Part shown: positions 18,010-30,134 of the stretch, in pieces | Layout: every line of letters starts with the position of its first letter | How positions within the stretch are numbered: position 1 is the stretch's first letter | Source: an uncultured Planctomycetota bacterium | Lineage (GTDB): Bacteria > Planctomycetota > Planctomycetia > Gemmatales > Gemmataceae | DNA: 64,000 nucleotides | NCBI GenBank assembly: GCA_963767835.1 | Contig: CAVYFY010000029.1 | Location: 40,871-104,870 of the forward strand | Direction of reading: 5' to 3' | Position numbers and translations under genes: made by a program | The notes under the pieces: generated by a model | Database searches by the model: none | The model's input: only the letters and a program-made list of their open reading frames with translations | Told to the model about the DNA's origin: nothing

Positions 18010-19292
18010 ATGAAGACGCGCACAGTAAAAACCTGGCTTCTGTGGATCCTTGCGGGCCTACTCGGGCCGGTTTGCGGGTGCGCGACTCATTTAGCAGGCA
18101 CGCCGAATCTTTTGCAGCATCAGGATCCGCAGCAGGTCTACGCCGATTGCCCGGCCGATTGGCAATCTTCCGATGCGGCCGTGATTTATGCGACTGATCG
18201 GGCGGTCGTCGATCCGGCGCGAAGCAGCCGAGCTATGGATTCGGCCGGACGCCGAGCCTGACCTTTGGTGTTGCCGATGTCGCGTTGAATCCACAGCCGA
18301 GCTGGAAGGAATTGACGCAGGACAGCACGACGGCCCGGCGCAGCCGGGAATACGAGTTGAAGGTAGCGAGCGTCCGTGCCGACGGACAAATCCAGCCGCT
18401 GGTCGAGCAGGCGATGCTGAGCGGGCAGGGCGGATCGATCGTGCAAGCCGCCGCGCTGGAGGACCAAGCGGCGGCCGAGCGTCTGCACGCGCTTCTGCGC
18501 CAGCGGATTGCGCCGACCTCGCACAAGGATGTCTTCATCTTCGTGCATGGCTTCAATTGCACGTTTGACGATTCGGTATTCCGGGCCGCGGAGATCTGGC
18601 ATTTTATGGGGCGCGTCGGCGTTCCCGTCGCTTATTCCTGGCCGGCCGGGTTCGGTGGACTACGTAGTTATCCCTACGACCGCGAATCGGGCGAATACAC
18701 CATCACGCATCTGCGGCACTTCATCAAAGCCGTCGCCGAGTGTCCCGGCGTGGAGCGCGTGCACCTGATCGCCCATAGCCGCGGCTGCGATGTGGCGATG
18801 TCGGCCCTGCGTGAGCTGAATCTTGAAATCACGGCCCAACGCAGATCAACGCGGCGGGAACTCAAGCTCGAGAACTTGGTATTGGCCGCTCCGGACGTGG
18901 ACGAGGAGGTGTTCTTACAGCGGTTTGTGGCGGAGAACCTGCTGCAAGCCGCCCGGCGGACGACGATTTACGTTTCACCAAACGACAAGGCGATCGAGCT
19001 TTCCGGCGCCGTGTTCGCCAGCCGGCGCATGGGGGCGTTAGGCGTCAAGGATCTCAGCCCGAAGATCAAGGAAAGCCTGGCCAGGATGCCGAACGTGCAG
19101 TTCATCGAGTGCAATGTCTCGGGGCTCGCGGAGACACACAATTATGTCTTCACGCACCCGGCCGCCCTGTCGGACTTGATTCTCGTCCTGCGCGACCGCC
19201 GCGATCCAGGCGCCGCCAACGGCCGGCCATTGCGGCAACCGAGCGAAGGCGTCTGGGAATTGACCGACGATTATCTCGTGAAAAGCCGTTGA
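18010..19292 (+). CDS. lipoprotein alpha/beta hydrolase of the DUF900 family; frame break near 18200-18235
   Basis: Lipobox LLGPVCGC; IYATDRAVVD, then in the next frame SYGFGRTPSLTFGVADVAL...IFVHGFNCTFDDS...IAHSRGC. Confidence 0.65.
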
Positions 19293-19296
19293 ATCT

Positions 19297-19425
19297 GAAA
19301 TTTAGCCACGGATGAAACACCGATGAAACACCGATGGGAGGAGAATTCAGCTTTCCGGGAATCCTGTCACTCTCTGTCATCCTTGTTTGATCTGTGTTCC
19401 ATCAGTGGCTAAATTTAGACTTACG
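19297..19425. repeat. R4 MITE-like element, copy 1 (about 130 bp with 40-45 bp terminal inverted repeats) filling the spacer between convergent stop codons
   Basis: aaatttagccacggatgaaacaccgatgaaacaccgatggg ... ccttgtttgatctgtgttccatcagtggctaaattt. Confidence 0.8.
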
Positions 19426-19948
19426 CCGCGCTGCGCAGTGTTACGCCCATTCTGCGGGCTTCGCTCAATGCTTCGCGAATGCGCGCGAAGGGCTCTCCAA
19501 AGTCGATGACGCCGAGCTTTTCGATCGCGGCGCGGATGGCGCCGACGTCCTCGGGAAACCGGGCATGACAGAAGAGCCGCGGCTGCACCATCAGGCCGGG
19601 CATCGGTTGATCCGGATCGGCGATGCAATGCCAGAGGGCGACGGGGACCTCGACGCGCAGCCGCAGATCGAGCGCCATCGGGTTGTCCACAAAGACAAGC
19701 AGGGCGCGCGTGGCTGTCTTATCGATCAGCGTCTTGCCGATGACCTCGCCGCAGAGATAGCCCGGGAGCGTGTCGCCGTAGAGGATTTGCTGGACCTTGT
19801 TGGGCTGCACGGCACTGGAGAGACGGAATTCGAGCGGCCTGCCCCAGGGATTGGTGACGAGATAGCCGCCGATGAATCCGCTCGGCTCCTGGAAGACCGA
19901 GAGAAAGCCCAGATTGCTCGATGTTGCCGGCGTGGGTTCTGCCACCAT
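19421..19948 (-). CDS. hypothetical protein (175 aa)
   Basis: Continuous ORF with coding bias (GGYLVTNPWGRPLEFRL...). No recognised domain. Confidence 0.5.
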   Translation of the reverse strand: MVAEPTPATSSNLGFLSVFQEPSGFIGGYLVTNPWGRPLEFRLSSAVQPNKVQQILYGDTLPGYLCGEVIGKTLIDKTATRALLVFVDNPMALDLRLRVEVPVALWHCIADPDQPMPGLMVQPRLFCHARFPEDVGAIRAAIEKLGVIDFGEPFARIREALSEARRMGVTLRSAA

Positions 19949-20232
19949 GCGTCCTTTCGTGGTGCAATCAACGGGCGCTACGGCCAGTTTGGAACGTCTG
20001 GCCCCAGAGAGGTTTCGACTGGCAGGATGGGCATTCTAAGATGGATTTCGATGTTTCTCAGCGGGGGCCGAATTCTTCCCTAGCAGCAACCGTCAGCAAT
20101 GAATCGGAGCGCACAGCCGGCGCAACTTGGCGGGCTCGCCCAGCCTCCGCGATACGAACTCTGCTGGATTCTCCCGCAAAAACGGCATAAATTGACAAGC
20201 GTAATTCGCTCCATCTATTTTGAGACCGAACG

Positions 20233-21927
20233 ATGTCGAATGAGCCGATTTCCGCTCCCAAGCCATCTGCCGTGGAGAAAATCAAGCAAAACAGCCAATA
20301 TCTGCGCGGCACGCTTGCCGAGGAACTCGCCAAGGACAGCGAGAGATTTAACGAACAGGACAAGCAACTGATCAAGTTCCACGGCAGTTATCAGCAAGAC
20401 AACCGCGACGCCCGCAAAGACCGCCACCGCGACGGGGCCGGCAAATCGTTCATGTTCATGGTCCGCTGCAAAATGCCGGGGGGCAAAGTCACCGCCGGTC
20501 AGTACTTAACGATGGATCGCATTGCCGGGCAACACGCCAATGGAACCTTGCGCATCACGTCGCGGCAGGGCTTTCAGATTCACGGCATTTTGAAATCGAA
20601 CCTCAAGCGGACCATCGCCGAAATCAACCAGTGTCTACTGACAACGCTGGGCGCCTGCGGCGACGTGTCGCGCAATGTGATGGCGTTGCCGGTTCCATTT
20701 GCGACGCCCGTTCATGCTGAATTGCAGCGTCAGGCCGACGTACTCGCGCATCTGTTCGCCCCGCGGTCCAAGGCGTATCACGAAATCTGGCTTAACGGCA
20801 AGAGCATTCCCCCCTCGCCAGCCGAGGCCGAAGTCGAGCCGATCTACGGCAAGGTTTATTTGCCGCGCAAGTTCAAGATCGCGTTCGCATTGCCCGAAGA
20901 CAATTCGACCGACATCTTCGCCCAGGACCTCGGCTTCCTCGCTCACGTCGAGAATGGCGGAATTGTAGGCTATAACGTCTACGCCGGCGGCGGCATGGGG
21001 ATGACACATGGCAACGCCAACACCTTCGCGCATCTTGCCCAGGCCATTTGCTATATCGCGTCGGAGCAACTCGTCGCCGCCGCGGAAGGCGTCATCAAGC
21101 TGTTCCGCGATCATGGCAACCGGGCCGACCGCAAGCGTGCCCGCTTGAAATATGTGCTGCACGATTGGGGCATCGAAAAATTCCGCCAGGTGCTGCAGAC
21201 CTATGTGCCGTTCGCGCTCGTGTTGCCGCATGATATCGCGATTAGCGGCTTTCCCCTGCATCTCGGCTGGCACGCACAAGGCGACGGCAAGTTTTTCTAC
21301 GGCATTTCGGTCGAAAACGGCCGCATCAAGGATGAAGGCGAATTTTGCCTGCGCTCCGCATTGCGCGAATTGATCGATGTCCTTCAGCCTAGCGTCCGAT
21401 TGACGCCGATGCAGGATATCTTGTTGTGCGATCTGCCGGCCGGCGCGAAAGAAACCATCGAACGCACGCTGGCCATTTCGGGGGTCCGCCGGCCCGATCG
21501 TCTTTCGCTGGTGCAAACTTACAGCCTGGCGTGCCCCGCACTGCCCACCTGCGGCCTCGCCTTGAGCGAAGCCGAACGCGCCGCGCCGGCCCTTATCCGC
21601 GAGCTCGAAGCGGCATTGGCCCGGCTCGGTCTCGACAACGAAACTATCGGCGTCCGGATGACGGGCTGCCCCAACGGCTGCGTCCGCCCCTATCAATCCG
21701 ACATTGGCATCGTCGGCCGAAGTGGTGACAAATACACGCTCTTCGTCGGCGGTAACCTGGTCGGCGCGCGGCTCAATTTCTTGCTCAAGGACCTGGTGCC
21801 GATCAACGACATCGTGCCGACGCTGTTGCCGCTGTTGGCGGATTTCAAGCAGCATCGGCAAGGCGACGAGAGCTTCGGCGATTATTGCCAGCGGTTGGGG
21901 GCGGAGAAAATTCGCACCATGGTTTGA
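20233..21927 (+). CDS. assimilatory sulfite reductase hemoprotein (nitrite/sulfite reductase, CysI/Sir family)
   Basis: KFHGSYQQDNRD, MFMVRCKMPGGKVTAGQ, siroheme/4Fe-4S Cys cluster TGCPNGCVRP... Confidence 0.8.
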   Translation: MSNEPISAPKPSAVEKIKQNSQYLRGTLAEELAKDSERFNEQDKQLIKFHGSYQQDNRDARKDRHRDGAGKSFMFMVRCKMPGGKVTAGQYLTMDRIAGQHANGTLRITSRQGFQIHGILKSNLKRTIAEINQCLLTTLGACGDVSRNVMALPVPFATPVHAELQRQADVLAHLFAPRSKAYHEIWLNGKSIPPSPAEAEVEPIYGKVYLPRKFKIAFALPEDNSTDIFAQDLGFLAHVENGGIVGYNVYAGGGMGMTHGNANTFAHLAQAICYIASEQLVAAAEGVIKLFRDHGNRADRKRARLKYVLHDWGIEKFRQVLQTYVPFALVLPHDIAISGFPLHLGWHAQGDGKFFYGISVENGRIKDEGEFCLRSALRELIDVLQPSVRLTPMQDILLCDLPAGAKETIERTLAISGVRRPDRLSLVQTYSLACPALPTCGLALSEAERAAPALIRELEAALARLGLDNETIGVRMTGCPNGCVRPYQSDIGIVGRSGDKYTLFVGGNLVGARLNFLLKDLVPINDIVPTLLPLLADFKQHRQGDESFGDYCQRLGAEKIRTMV

Positions 21928-21959
21928 CGCAGGCGGCGTGGGCCGTTACATTCACGCGG

Positions 21960-22913
21960 ATGGCCAAGAAATTGCGCAAATCCGACGATTTCGACAGCCC
22001 GTGGAAGGGCACGCTGCAACTTCTTCTGCAGGCGTTCCTGGAGTTCTTCTTCGCCGATATTGCGGCTGACATCGATTGGTCGCGAGGCTACGAATCGCTC
22101 GATAAGGAGCTGCAAAAAATTGCTCGCCGCGCCAAAGTCGGCAAACTCCTTGCCGACAAGCTGTTCAAGGTCTGGCTCGACGACGGCCGCGAGCACTGGC
22201 TCCTTGTGCATATTGAGATTCAAAGCGAATACGACAAGGACTTCGAAGAGCGAATGTTTCGGTACAACATCGCGGCATATCAGATGTATAATAGGCAGGT
22301 AGTCAGTCTGGCTGCCTTGTGCGACGATCGGCTGGATTGGCGGCCGACCACGTTTCGCTATGGGCGGTGGGACTGCAAGACGGAGGTGGTCTTTCGCATT
22401 GCCAAGCTGCTCGATTACGAGACCAACGTGACGAGCCTGGAATCCAACGACAATCCGATGGCCGCCGTCGTCTTGGCGGACCGCATGACACGCGAGACGC
22501 GGCACGACCCGGCCAACCGCAAGCTCTGGAAATTGCGCATCGTCAAGGGGCTTTATCGACAGAGTTGGTCGAAGGAGAAAATCATTCAGCTCTTTCTCGT
22601 CATCGACTGGATGATGGAATTGCCGGATGAGTTGAGACTTGGTTTCGAGTCAGAACTGACCGCTATTAAGGAGGAAAAGACCGTGGAGTATATCAGCAGC
22701 ATTGAGCGATCAGGCATTGAAAAAGGCCGCAATGAAGCTCTCGTTGTTACGCTGGAAACGATCGAAATGGTCCTGGATGCCCGGTTCGGCCCATCCGGCG
22801 CTAAGCTCATGCCGAAAGTGAAACGCTTGGGTGGGCTATCGGAGCTCAGAAAGTTCGTGCGGCTTCTCAAGAAGGCCGATTCACTCGCCGAGGTACGCGA
22901 ATACTTTGATTGA
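21960..22913 (+). CDS. Rpn-family recombination-promoting nuclease/putative transposase (PD-(D/E)XK with DUF4351-like C-terminus)
   Basis: WLLVHIEIQSEYDKDFEERMFRYN core and a C-terminal GIEKGRNEALVVTLETIEMVLDARFGP region. Confidence 0.55.
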   Translation: MAKKLRKSDDFDSPWKGTLQLLLQAFLEFFFADIAADIDWSRGYESLDKELQKIARRAKVGKLLADKLFKVWLDDGREHWLLVHIEIQSEYDKDFEERMFRYNIAAYQMYNRQVVSLAALCDDRLDWRPTTFRYGRWDCKTEVVFRIAKLLDYETNVTSLESNDNPMAAVVLADRMTRETRHDPANRKLWKLRIVKGLYRQSWSKEKIIQLFLVIDWMMELPDELRLGFESELTAIKEEKTVEYISSIERSGIEKGRNEALVVTLETIEMVLDARFGPSGAKLMPKVKRLGGLSELRKFVRLLKKADSLAEVREYFD

Positions 22914-22944
22914 ATACGCTGGGCTCGTGCCCACGAGATTGTTG

Positions 22945-25900
22945 ATGCAACGTTATTTCCTGATTCTGTTGATTCTTGCTGTGACTCCGCCGCACGTCTC
23001 CGCGCAAGGCCTCAAGGTCCCGCCTGGCTTCGAGGTCGTCGAGTTCGCCGACGGCAAGCTCGCCAACGATATCCATGTCATGACCGTCGATCCAAAGGGC
23101 CGCGTTATCGTGGCGGCGCGCGGCTACATCCGCATCCTCGTCGATGACGACGGCGACGGCAAAGCGGATCGCGCCCTTGAATTCGCGTCCACGCCCAAGG
23201 ACGGCGCCATGGGCCTCTTGTGGGAAGGCGACTCCCTTTATGTCACGGGCGACGGCGGTTTGCGGCGCTTCACCTCGAAGACCGGCGACAAGGCCGACGG
23301 GCCTTCCGAACTGATTCGCGCCATGAAGACCGGCGGTGAGCATTCCTCCCATGCGATTCAGCGCGGCCCCGACGGGTGGCTTTACGTTCTGTGCGGCAAC
23401 AACGCCGGCATCGACAAATCCTACGCCGATTCGCCGACCTCGCCGATCAAGGAACCGATCGCCGGCTGCGTGTTACGATTTCCACCTAGCTCCCCTCGCC
23501 CCACCGGGGGAGAGGGGCTGGGGGTGAGGGGGGCGTCATGCGAGATCGTCGCCCACGGCTTTCGCAATCCGTACGGCTTCGATTTCAATCTCGATGGCGA
23601 TCTCTTCACCTTCGATTCCGACAACGAGCGCTGCGTCAGTTTGCCGTGGTATGAGCCGACGCGGTTCTATCACGTTATCGAGGGCCGGCATTACGGCTGG
23701 CTCAATCCGCAAAGGGCCGCGTTTTGGCGTCGTCCCCCGTATTTCTGCGATGTGGTCGCGCCGATTGCCACGCTGGGCCGCGGTTCGCCGACCGGCGTTG
23801 CCTGCTATCGGCACAACCAGTTTCCGCCCGAATATCACGGCGGCTTCTTCCTGTGCGACTGGACCTTCGGCAAAATCCACTTCGCCACGCTCAAACGCAA
23901 GAACGCCTCCTACACCGCCGACACGCGCGTCTTCCTCGAAACGCTCGGCGACAACGGCTTCGCGCCCACCGCATGCGCCGTCGATCCGAAGACTGGCGAT
24001 CTCTATGTCTCGATCGGCGGTCGGGGCACGCGCGGCGCAGTCTATCGCATCCGGCATCCGGAGCGGTTCAAGGCACTGCAAGGCAAGCTCGCGCCACTGC
24101 CGATGGCGAAACGATCGCTGGAATGGCGCGATGGGTTGGAAGACGTGATCGACAAGAAAGCGACCTCAAAATCGGCAAGCGATCGTCTCTGGGCAATGCA
24201 AATGACACGCCGACATTTTCTAAAGATCAAGCCGCCCGTCATAGATACGTTGTACAAATACGCGCAACTCAACTACGACCATGAAGATTCGGCAGTGCGG
24301 CAGGCAGCGCTTGATGTCATGGAGCGCTTTTCGCGCGAGTTGCTGGCAGGGCAACTTGGCTCGGAAAAGCTCGACTACGCCTTTTCCGTGGCGTATGGGG
24401 CAGGCAAAATTCGCACCAAGCAGGATGGCGAAGATGTGATCGGAGCGATGCTCAGCAGCAAGTCCCGTGGCCTTCGCCTCGACGGAGTGCGCCTTCTTCA
24501 GCGTGGCCTCGGCGACATCGGCGCTGCTAAAGAATCAATCGGCACCATTTGGGAAGGTTATACTGCGCGGAAGGGAATGAGAATCCTCGATCCGACGCCA
24601 ACCCTGTCCCGTTTTTTTCCGAGCAACGATCCCGACCTCGACCGTGAAATCGCGCGCACCCTTGCAATGATTGAGCATGACGACGCAAAGGTACGCTCGC
24701 GTTTCCTCGCCAAGTGCAGCGCCGATTCCAATCCGATCGACGATATTCACTATCTGGCCTGTTACGCCCGCCTCGCGGGCCAACGCGCCGACAAGGAAGC
24801 AACACTCGTCGCGGCCACACTGCTCGATCTCGATCGCAAGATTGCTGCCCGTAAGCTAAATCGCGACTCGAATTGGCCGTTGCGCATGCGCGAGCTCTAC
24901 GTTGGCCTTGCTCAGAAGGATGCGCGGCTGCACGTGGCGATGGTCGCGCATGCGGCGTTTGGCCGGCCCGATCATGCGCTCTTTGCGAGCACCGCCGGGT
25001 TTCCCAAGGAACGTGCTGCCCGCATTTTTCTGGATCGTTGGCAACGCAATAAGGATTATGCTTTGTCCGGCACTATCGTGCAATTGTTCGACGCGCTTCC
25101 CGCAGATGACGTGCTGCCGACTATCCGCAAAGGCTGGGGTGAAACCGGCCAGGACTCGGCGTTTTTACCGCTGCTGGCGAAGAAGCCCGTGATGGAAGAT
25201 CGCGGCAAATTCATCGACGGGCTCAACTCGCCGCAGTCCGCCATTCTCGACGCCTGCGTGCGCGGTCTTGAACCAGCTCGACGCGAAAAGCGAACGCCGC
25301 CGAATCGTTCGCCTTGATTCGCGCCTTGCATCGCACTTCGGACAAAGCAATCGGCCACGCGCAAATTGCTCGTCGGCCGGCTTGAGAAAACCACCGGCCA
25401 GGCCTTCGGCGCTCGACAGCAAGCGCTGGATCGCCTGGCTCGAAAAGCAGCATCCCGAGTTCGGCAAACGTCTGGCGAATCCCGACGGCGTCGATGTCGC
25501 CAAGTGGGACCAGCGCCTTGCCAAGCTCGATTGGGATCGGGGCAATGCCGTCACGGGCAAGACCGTCTTCAGCAAGGCGAGTTGCCTCAACTGCCATTCC
25601 GGCTCGCAAGCGCTCGGCCCCGATTTGGCCGGCGTCGCCAATCGCTTCTCGCGTGCCGACCTCATGACCGCGATCTTGCAGCCGTCCAAGGACGTGCCGG
25701 CCCGCTATCAGACGACGCTGGTCGAAACGCAGGACGGCAAAACATATCAAGGCATCGTCATCTACGACGCCGTGGACAGCCTGATCCTGCAAACGGGCGC
25801 CGCCACAACGATCCGCCTCGACGCTGCCAAGATCGTCAGCCGCCAGGCCAGCGCCCAATCGCTGATGCCCGCGGGATTGCTCGATCCGCTTGCCGACCAG

Positions 25901-25957
25901 GAAATCGCCGATCTGTATGCGTACTTGCGCGACCTTGGAAAAGCGCCGATGAAATGA
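22945..25957 (+). CDS. membrane-bound-dehydrogenase-like beta-propeller protein with HEAT-like repeats and C-terminal heme-binding (CxxCH) domain; frame break near 25270-25320
   Basis: PPGFEVVEFADG, GWLYVLCGNN, FRNPYGFDFNLDGDLFTFDSDNE, and C-terminal KASCLNCHSG...SLMPAGL. Confidence 0.7.
23491..23533. repeat. R1 GC-rich palindromic unit (single), in frame in the dehydrogenase-like CDS
   Basis: cccctcgcccc accg ggggagagggg ctgggggtgagggg, encoding SPRPTGGEGLGVRG. Confidence 0.75.
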
Positions 25958-26029
25958 TGTTCAAGACGTGCAATATGCATGCTCGCTTGCGGTTTCGCGC
26001 ACGAGGCGACGCGCGATCGCGGGATTCCT

Positions 26030-27587
26030 TCAGTGATCCATACGCTCAATCACCGCCATCTCGCACACTCCCAGCGGCTTGCGATCCACCATGCGCAAGT
26101 GCGGCGGCAGATGCAATTTCAACGTGTCAGGTGAATTGCGATGCCCGAACAGCACCACCGTACGCGGCTGCTGATCCAGCGCTTGCACCAACTCCTCAAG
26201 TTGCTTGCTGCGATAGGTGCGGAAGTCGGCTCGGCCCAGATAAAACGCCACCGAATCGACATTGCGCGGAAAGCATGCAACCGGAGTTTCCGCATTGCAA
26301 GCCGCACGCAACTCCTCAAGGCGGTCGATCCCAGAGCGTTGGCGGGCGTAATGCGGGATTACGAGATAATGCGAGCACGCCAGCATTAGCCAACACGCCG
26401 CGACGAGGCCGATCGTCCAGCGCGATCGGCAAAGATCGGTGCGGGCGATGAAACAGCCCAGCGCCAGGCACAGCGGCGGAAACGCGGGCAAGATGTACGT
26501 CGGCAGCTTGCTTCCCGCCAGCGAGAAAAAGAGGACGCACCAAAGCCCGGCGAGCAGGAGATAACCCATCGCCTGGCAGCGCCGGTTGATGTCGGCGGCG
26601 TTGGTCGAAGTAAAGAAACGCGCAGCGTGGCCATGCCAGCAAGATCGTGGGCAGCAATCCGAACAGCACAATCGGCGCATAGAACCAGACGGGCCGAATG
26701 TGATCGAATGGCTCGACGAAGCGTTCGACGTTGTGCTGCCAAAGGAAATAGCGCACGAATTCCGGCCGCTGCCAGCAAACGACCGCGTACCAGGGAAGAT
26801 TGATTATAAGGACACTCGCGTAGAAGCCGAGCCACGCCCGCCAGGAGATCGGCGCCCCAGATACAAGCCGGCGTTGTATCCAAAGCGGAGGCAATATCAG
26901 CAAAACAGCGACGGGGCCTTTCGTCAGCACGCCCAGAGCGCACGCAAGTGCCGCCAGGCACCACCATTTCCAATGCAAGCGTTTCTCGGCCTGGGCCAGA
27001 TACGCCGCCAGCAGTCCGAGCGTGATCCACAGCGTCAATAAGCCATCTAGCACGAGCAGCCGGCCGACGCCGAGAAAGATCGGCGACACCGTCAAAAACA
27101 GCGCACCCCAGAACGCCGACCGCGCGCCGACAATGCGCCGGCCCAAAAAATACGTCGACAGAACGCTCGCATGCATCGCCAGCGCCGGGATCAATCGGGC
27201 GGCACCGGCAGAATAGCCGAAGATCGAATACGACAGCATGACGAGCCAGTAGAACAGCGGCGGCTTGTCGAGATACGGTTCCCCTTGCAGCGTCGGTACG
27301 ATCCACTCGCGGGCCGTCAACATCTCACGCGGAATCTGGGCGTAGCGCCCTTCATCCGGTTCGAACAGAGGAAACGACATGCACGGATAGAGCAAAACGC
27401 CGGACACGAGAAAGATGAACACGCTCGGCCCCGCCCGCAATGGCTCGACCCGAGCCGCCGGCCCGGCGAACCAGACGCGCGTCCAGAGCATCGGCAGCCA
27501 GCCGAGCAAATGCGTCGGCGTCTCGACCGTGGCAATCTTGACCGCGACCGTCGGCGGCATGCGTGTGGTTGTTTCTGTTTCTTGCAT
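26030..27587 (-). CDS. glycosyltransferase family 39 (ArnT/PMT-like, dolichyl/undecaprenyl-phosphate sugar transferase); frame break near 26620-26680
   Basis: FPLFEPDEGRYAQIPREML, LDKPPLFYW, about 10 TM helices. The C-terminal part continues in ORF 26030..26680. Confidence 0.65.
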
Positions 27588-27697
27588 CCCGCCAAAGGTG
27601 CCACAAATCGGCGTGGCGTGTCAATGCGGGATCTTGTGAATCGCTGCCGACTCGGGTACATTACCATCATCCGCATTCCCGCCAGGAGATTCCCTTC

Positions 27698-30123
27698 ATG
27701 TTTCGTTTGCCACTTCCATTCCTAGCATGCGCACTGTTGCCCGGTATCCTCGTCGCGCAGCCGCCGAGGAAGATCGAGTTCAATCGCGATATTCGGCCCA
27801 TTCTCTCGAATCATTGCTTCGTGTGCCACGGCCCGGACAACAACCTGCGCAAGGCGAAGTTGCGGCTCGATGATGAGAAAGACGCTCACAAGAAGGTGAT
27901 CGTTAAGGGGGACGCGCTCGCCAGCGAAATGTTTCGCCGGCTGGTGACGGACGATCCCGATGAGAAGATGCCGCCGCCGCGAACGAAGAAGGAGCTGACG
28001 AAAAAAGAGATCGAGTTGATTCACGCCTGGATCGAGCAAGGGGCTAAATACGAGGCGCACTGGTCGTTGATCGCGCCGCGCCAGCACGAGCTGCCGAAGG
28101 TGAAGAATATCGACTGGGTGCGCAACGACATTGATCGCTTCGTGCTCGCTCGGCTGGAGGCGGAGGGTTTGCAGCCGGCGCCAGAAGCGGATCGCCGCAC
28201 GTTGATCCGCCGGCTGTCGTTCGATCTGATCGGCCTGCCGCCGACGCCGGAGCAGGTCGATGCGTTTCTGGCCGACAAGGACGCCGATGCTTATGAAAAA
28301 GTCGTCAATCGCTTGCTCCGGTCGAAGCATTTCGGCGAGCGCATGGCGGTTCACTGGCTCGACATCGTACGCTACGCCGACAGCGCCGGCTATCACAGCG
28401 ACAACGAGCGCAGCGTTTGGCTTTACCGCGATTGGGTGATCGACGCGTTCAATTCGAACCTGCCGTTTCGCGAATTCGCCATTGAGCAGATCGCGGGCGA
28501 TTTGCTGCCGAAGGCGACGGCCGAGCAAAAAATCGCCTCGGGGCATAATCGGCTCTTGCAGACGACGGAGGAGGGGGCGCCCAGGCGAAGGAATACACGG
28601 CGAAGTACGCCGCCGACCGCGTGCGCAATTTTTCGACCGCCTGGCTCGGCCTGACCCTGGGCTGCACCGAATGCCACGATCACAAGTACGATCCGTTCAC
28701 GACCAAGGAGTTCTACAAGCTCGCCGCGTTTTTCGCCGACATCCAGGAAGCGCCGATCGGCCGGCAGGCGCAGACGCCGATCATGACCGGCGCCCAGCAA
28801 GAGCAAGCGAAAAAGCTCGACGAGCAAATCGCGGCGCTGCAAAAGGAAATCGCCACGCTGCCGAAGGAGGAAGCGAAGGCGGTCCAGGCGAAGCTCACGG
28901 CGGTGCAGAAGGAGAAGGCGGAGTTCACCAAGAAGCTCCCGTCCACGCTGATCTCGACCGCTAGCACGCCGCGCATCGTCCGCATTCTAAAGCGTGGCAA
29001 CTGGCTCGATGAATCGGGCGAGATCGTGGTCCCCGACGTGCCCGCGGCGTTGCCGGCGCTCTTTCCCCCCTCTCCCTCCGGGAGAGGGGCCGGGGGTGAG
29101 GGCGGAAGTGCCAAAAATCCGAATGCTCCACCCTCACCCCCTTCCCCTCTCCCGGGGGGAGAGGGGAGAAAAGGCAAACGCCCGACTCGTCTCGATCTCG
29201 CGAACTGGCTCGTGGATGCCGACAATCCGTTGCCCGCGCGAATCTTCGTCAATCGGCTTTGGCTGCTCTATTTCGGCCAGGGCATCGTCAAGACCGCGGA
29301 CGATTTCGGCGCTCTCGGAGCATGGCCGACCCATCCGGAATTACTCGATTGGCTCGCCCTCGATTTCCAGCAACACGGCGGCGACATCAAGCGCTCCATC
29401 AAGCAAATCGTCATGTCCGCGGCCTATCGCCAATCCTCCAAGGGAACGCCGGAGCTTCGGCAACGCGATCCGTACAACCAGTTCCTCGCTCGCCAGGGCC
29501 GCTTCCGCCTCGATGCCGAATTCGTGCGCGACAATGCCCTGGCGATCAGCGGCCTTTTGGTCTCGAAGATCGGCGGCCCGAGCGTCAAGCCGTACCAGCC
29601 AGCGGGCTACTGGCGCTACCTCAATTTCCCGACACGCGAATGGGCCAACGACAAGGGCGAAAACCAGTATCGCCGCGGCGTCTACACGCACTGGCAACGC
29701 ACTTTCCTGCAGCCGAGCTTGCTGGCGTTCGACGCCTCGACGCGCGAGGAATGCACCGTCGAGCGCCCGCGCTCGAACACGCCGCAGCAAGCGCTGGTGC
29801 TCTTGAACGATCCGACCTACGTGGAAGCATCGCGCGTCTTCGCCGAGAAGATCGCCAAATCGCCCGGCAAAACCGCCGAGCGCATCAACTTCGCCTTCCG
29901 CCTGGCGTTGCAAAGGGACGCGGACGCCGACGAGATCGCCATTCTGACGAAGCTATACGAGAAACATCGGACGCATTTCGATGCGAACCCCAAGGACGCG
30001 CTGGCGATCCTCGGCGTCGGCTATGCGCCGGCATCGAAGCAAATTGCGCCGGCCGAACTGGCGGCCTGGACCTCGGTGGCGCGGACGGTCTTGAACCTGC
30101 ACGAGACGATCACGAGAAACTAA
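27698..30123 (+). CDS. PSCyt1/PSCyt2(DUF1549)/PSD1(DUF1553) planctomycete cytochrome c protein; frame break near 28560-28625
   Basis: Signal peptide; CFVCHGPD; DUF1549 DRFVLARLEAEGL...HWLDIVRYADS; LGLTLGCTECHDHKYDP; DUF1553 LANWLVDADNPL...FDASTREECTVERP. Confidence 0.75.
29065..29168. repeat. R1 composite palindrome (two inverted units plus spacer), in frame inside the PSD1 CDS
   Basis: cccctctccctccgggagaggggccgggggtgaggg ...27 bp... ccctcacccccttcccctctcccggggggagagggg, encoding PPSPSGRGAGGEGGSAKNPNAPPSPPSPLPGGEG. Confidence 0.85.
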
Positions 30124-30134
30124 CGGAGGAAATC

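Noticed and set aside
17430-18010. Long intergenic region searched by eye for tRNA, rRNA or riboswitch
   Set aside because: No cloverleaf-compatible GTTCRANYC T-arm or anticodon stem was found, and no rRNA-like conserved blocks. The only structured bits are a short hairpin (gggtattcaatgtaccc) and the poly-G tract.
20635-21861. 408-aa ORF antisense to the sulfite reductase
   Set aside because: The plus-strand gene carries unmistakable sulfite/nitrite reductase motifs. The antisense frame is Arg/Gly/Ala-rich filler.
26316-26680. Apparent overlap of two minus-strand genes, 26030..26680 and 26316..27587
   Set aside because: Both are parts of one GT39 glycosyltransferase with a frame break. The overlap is an artifact of ORF calling.
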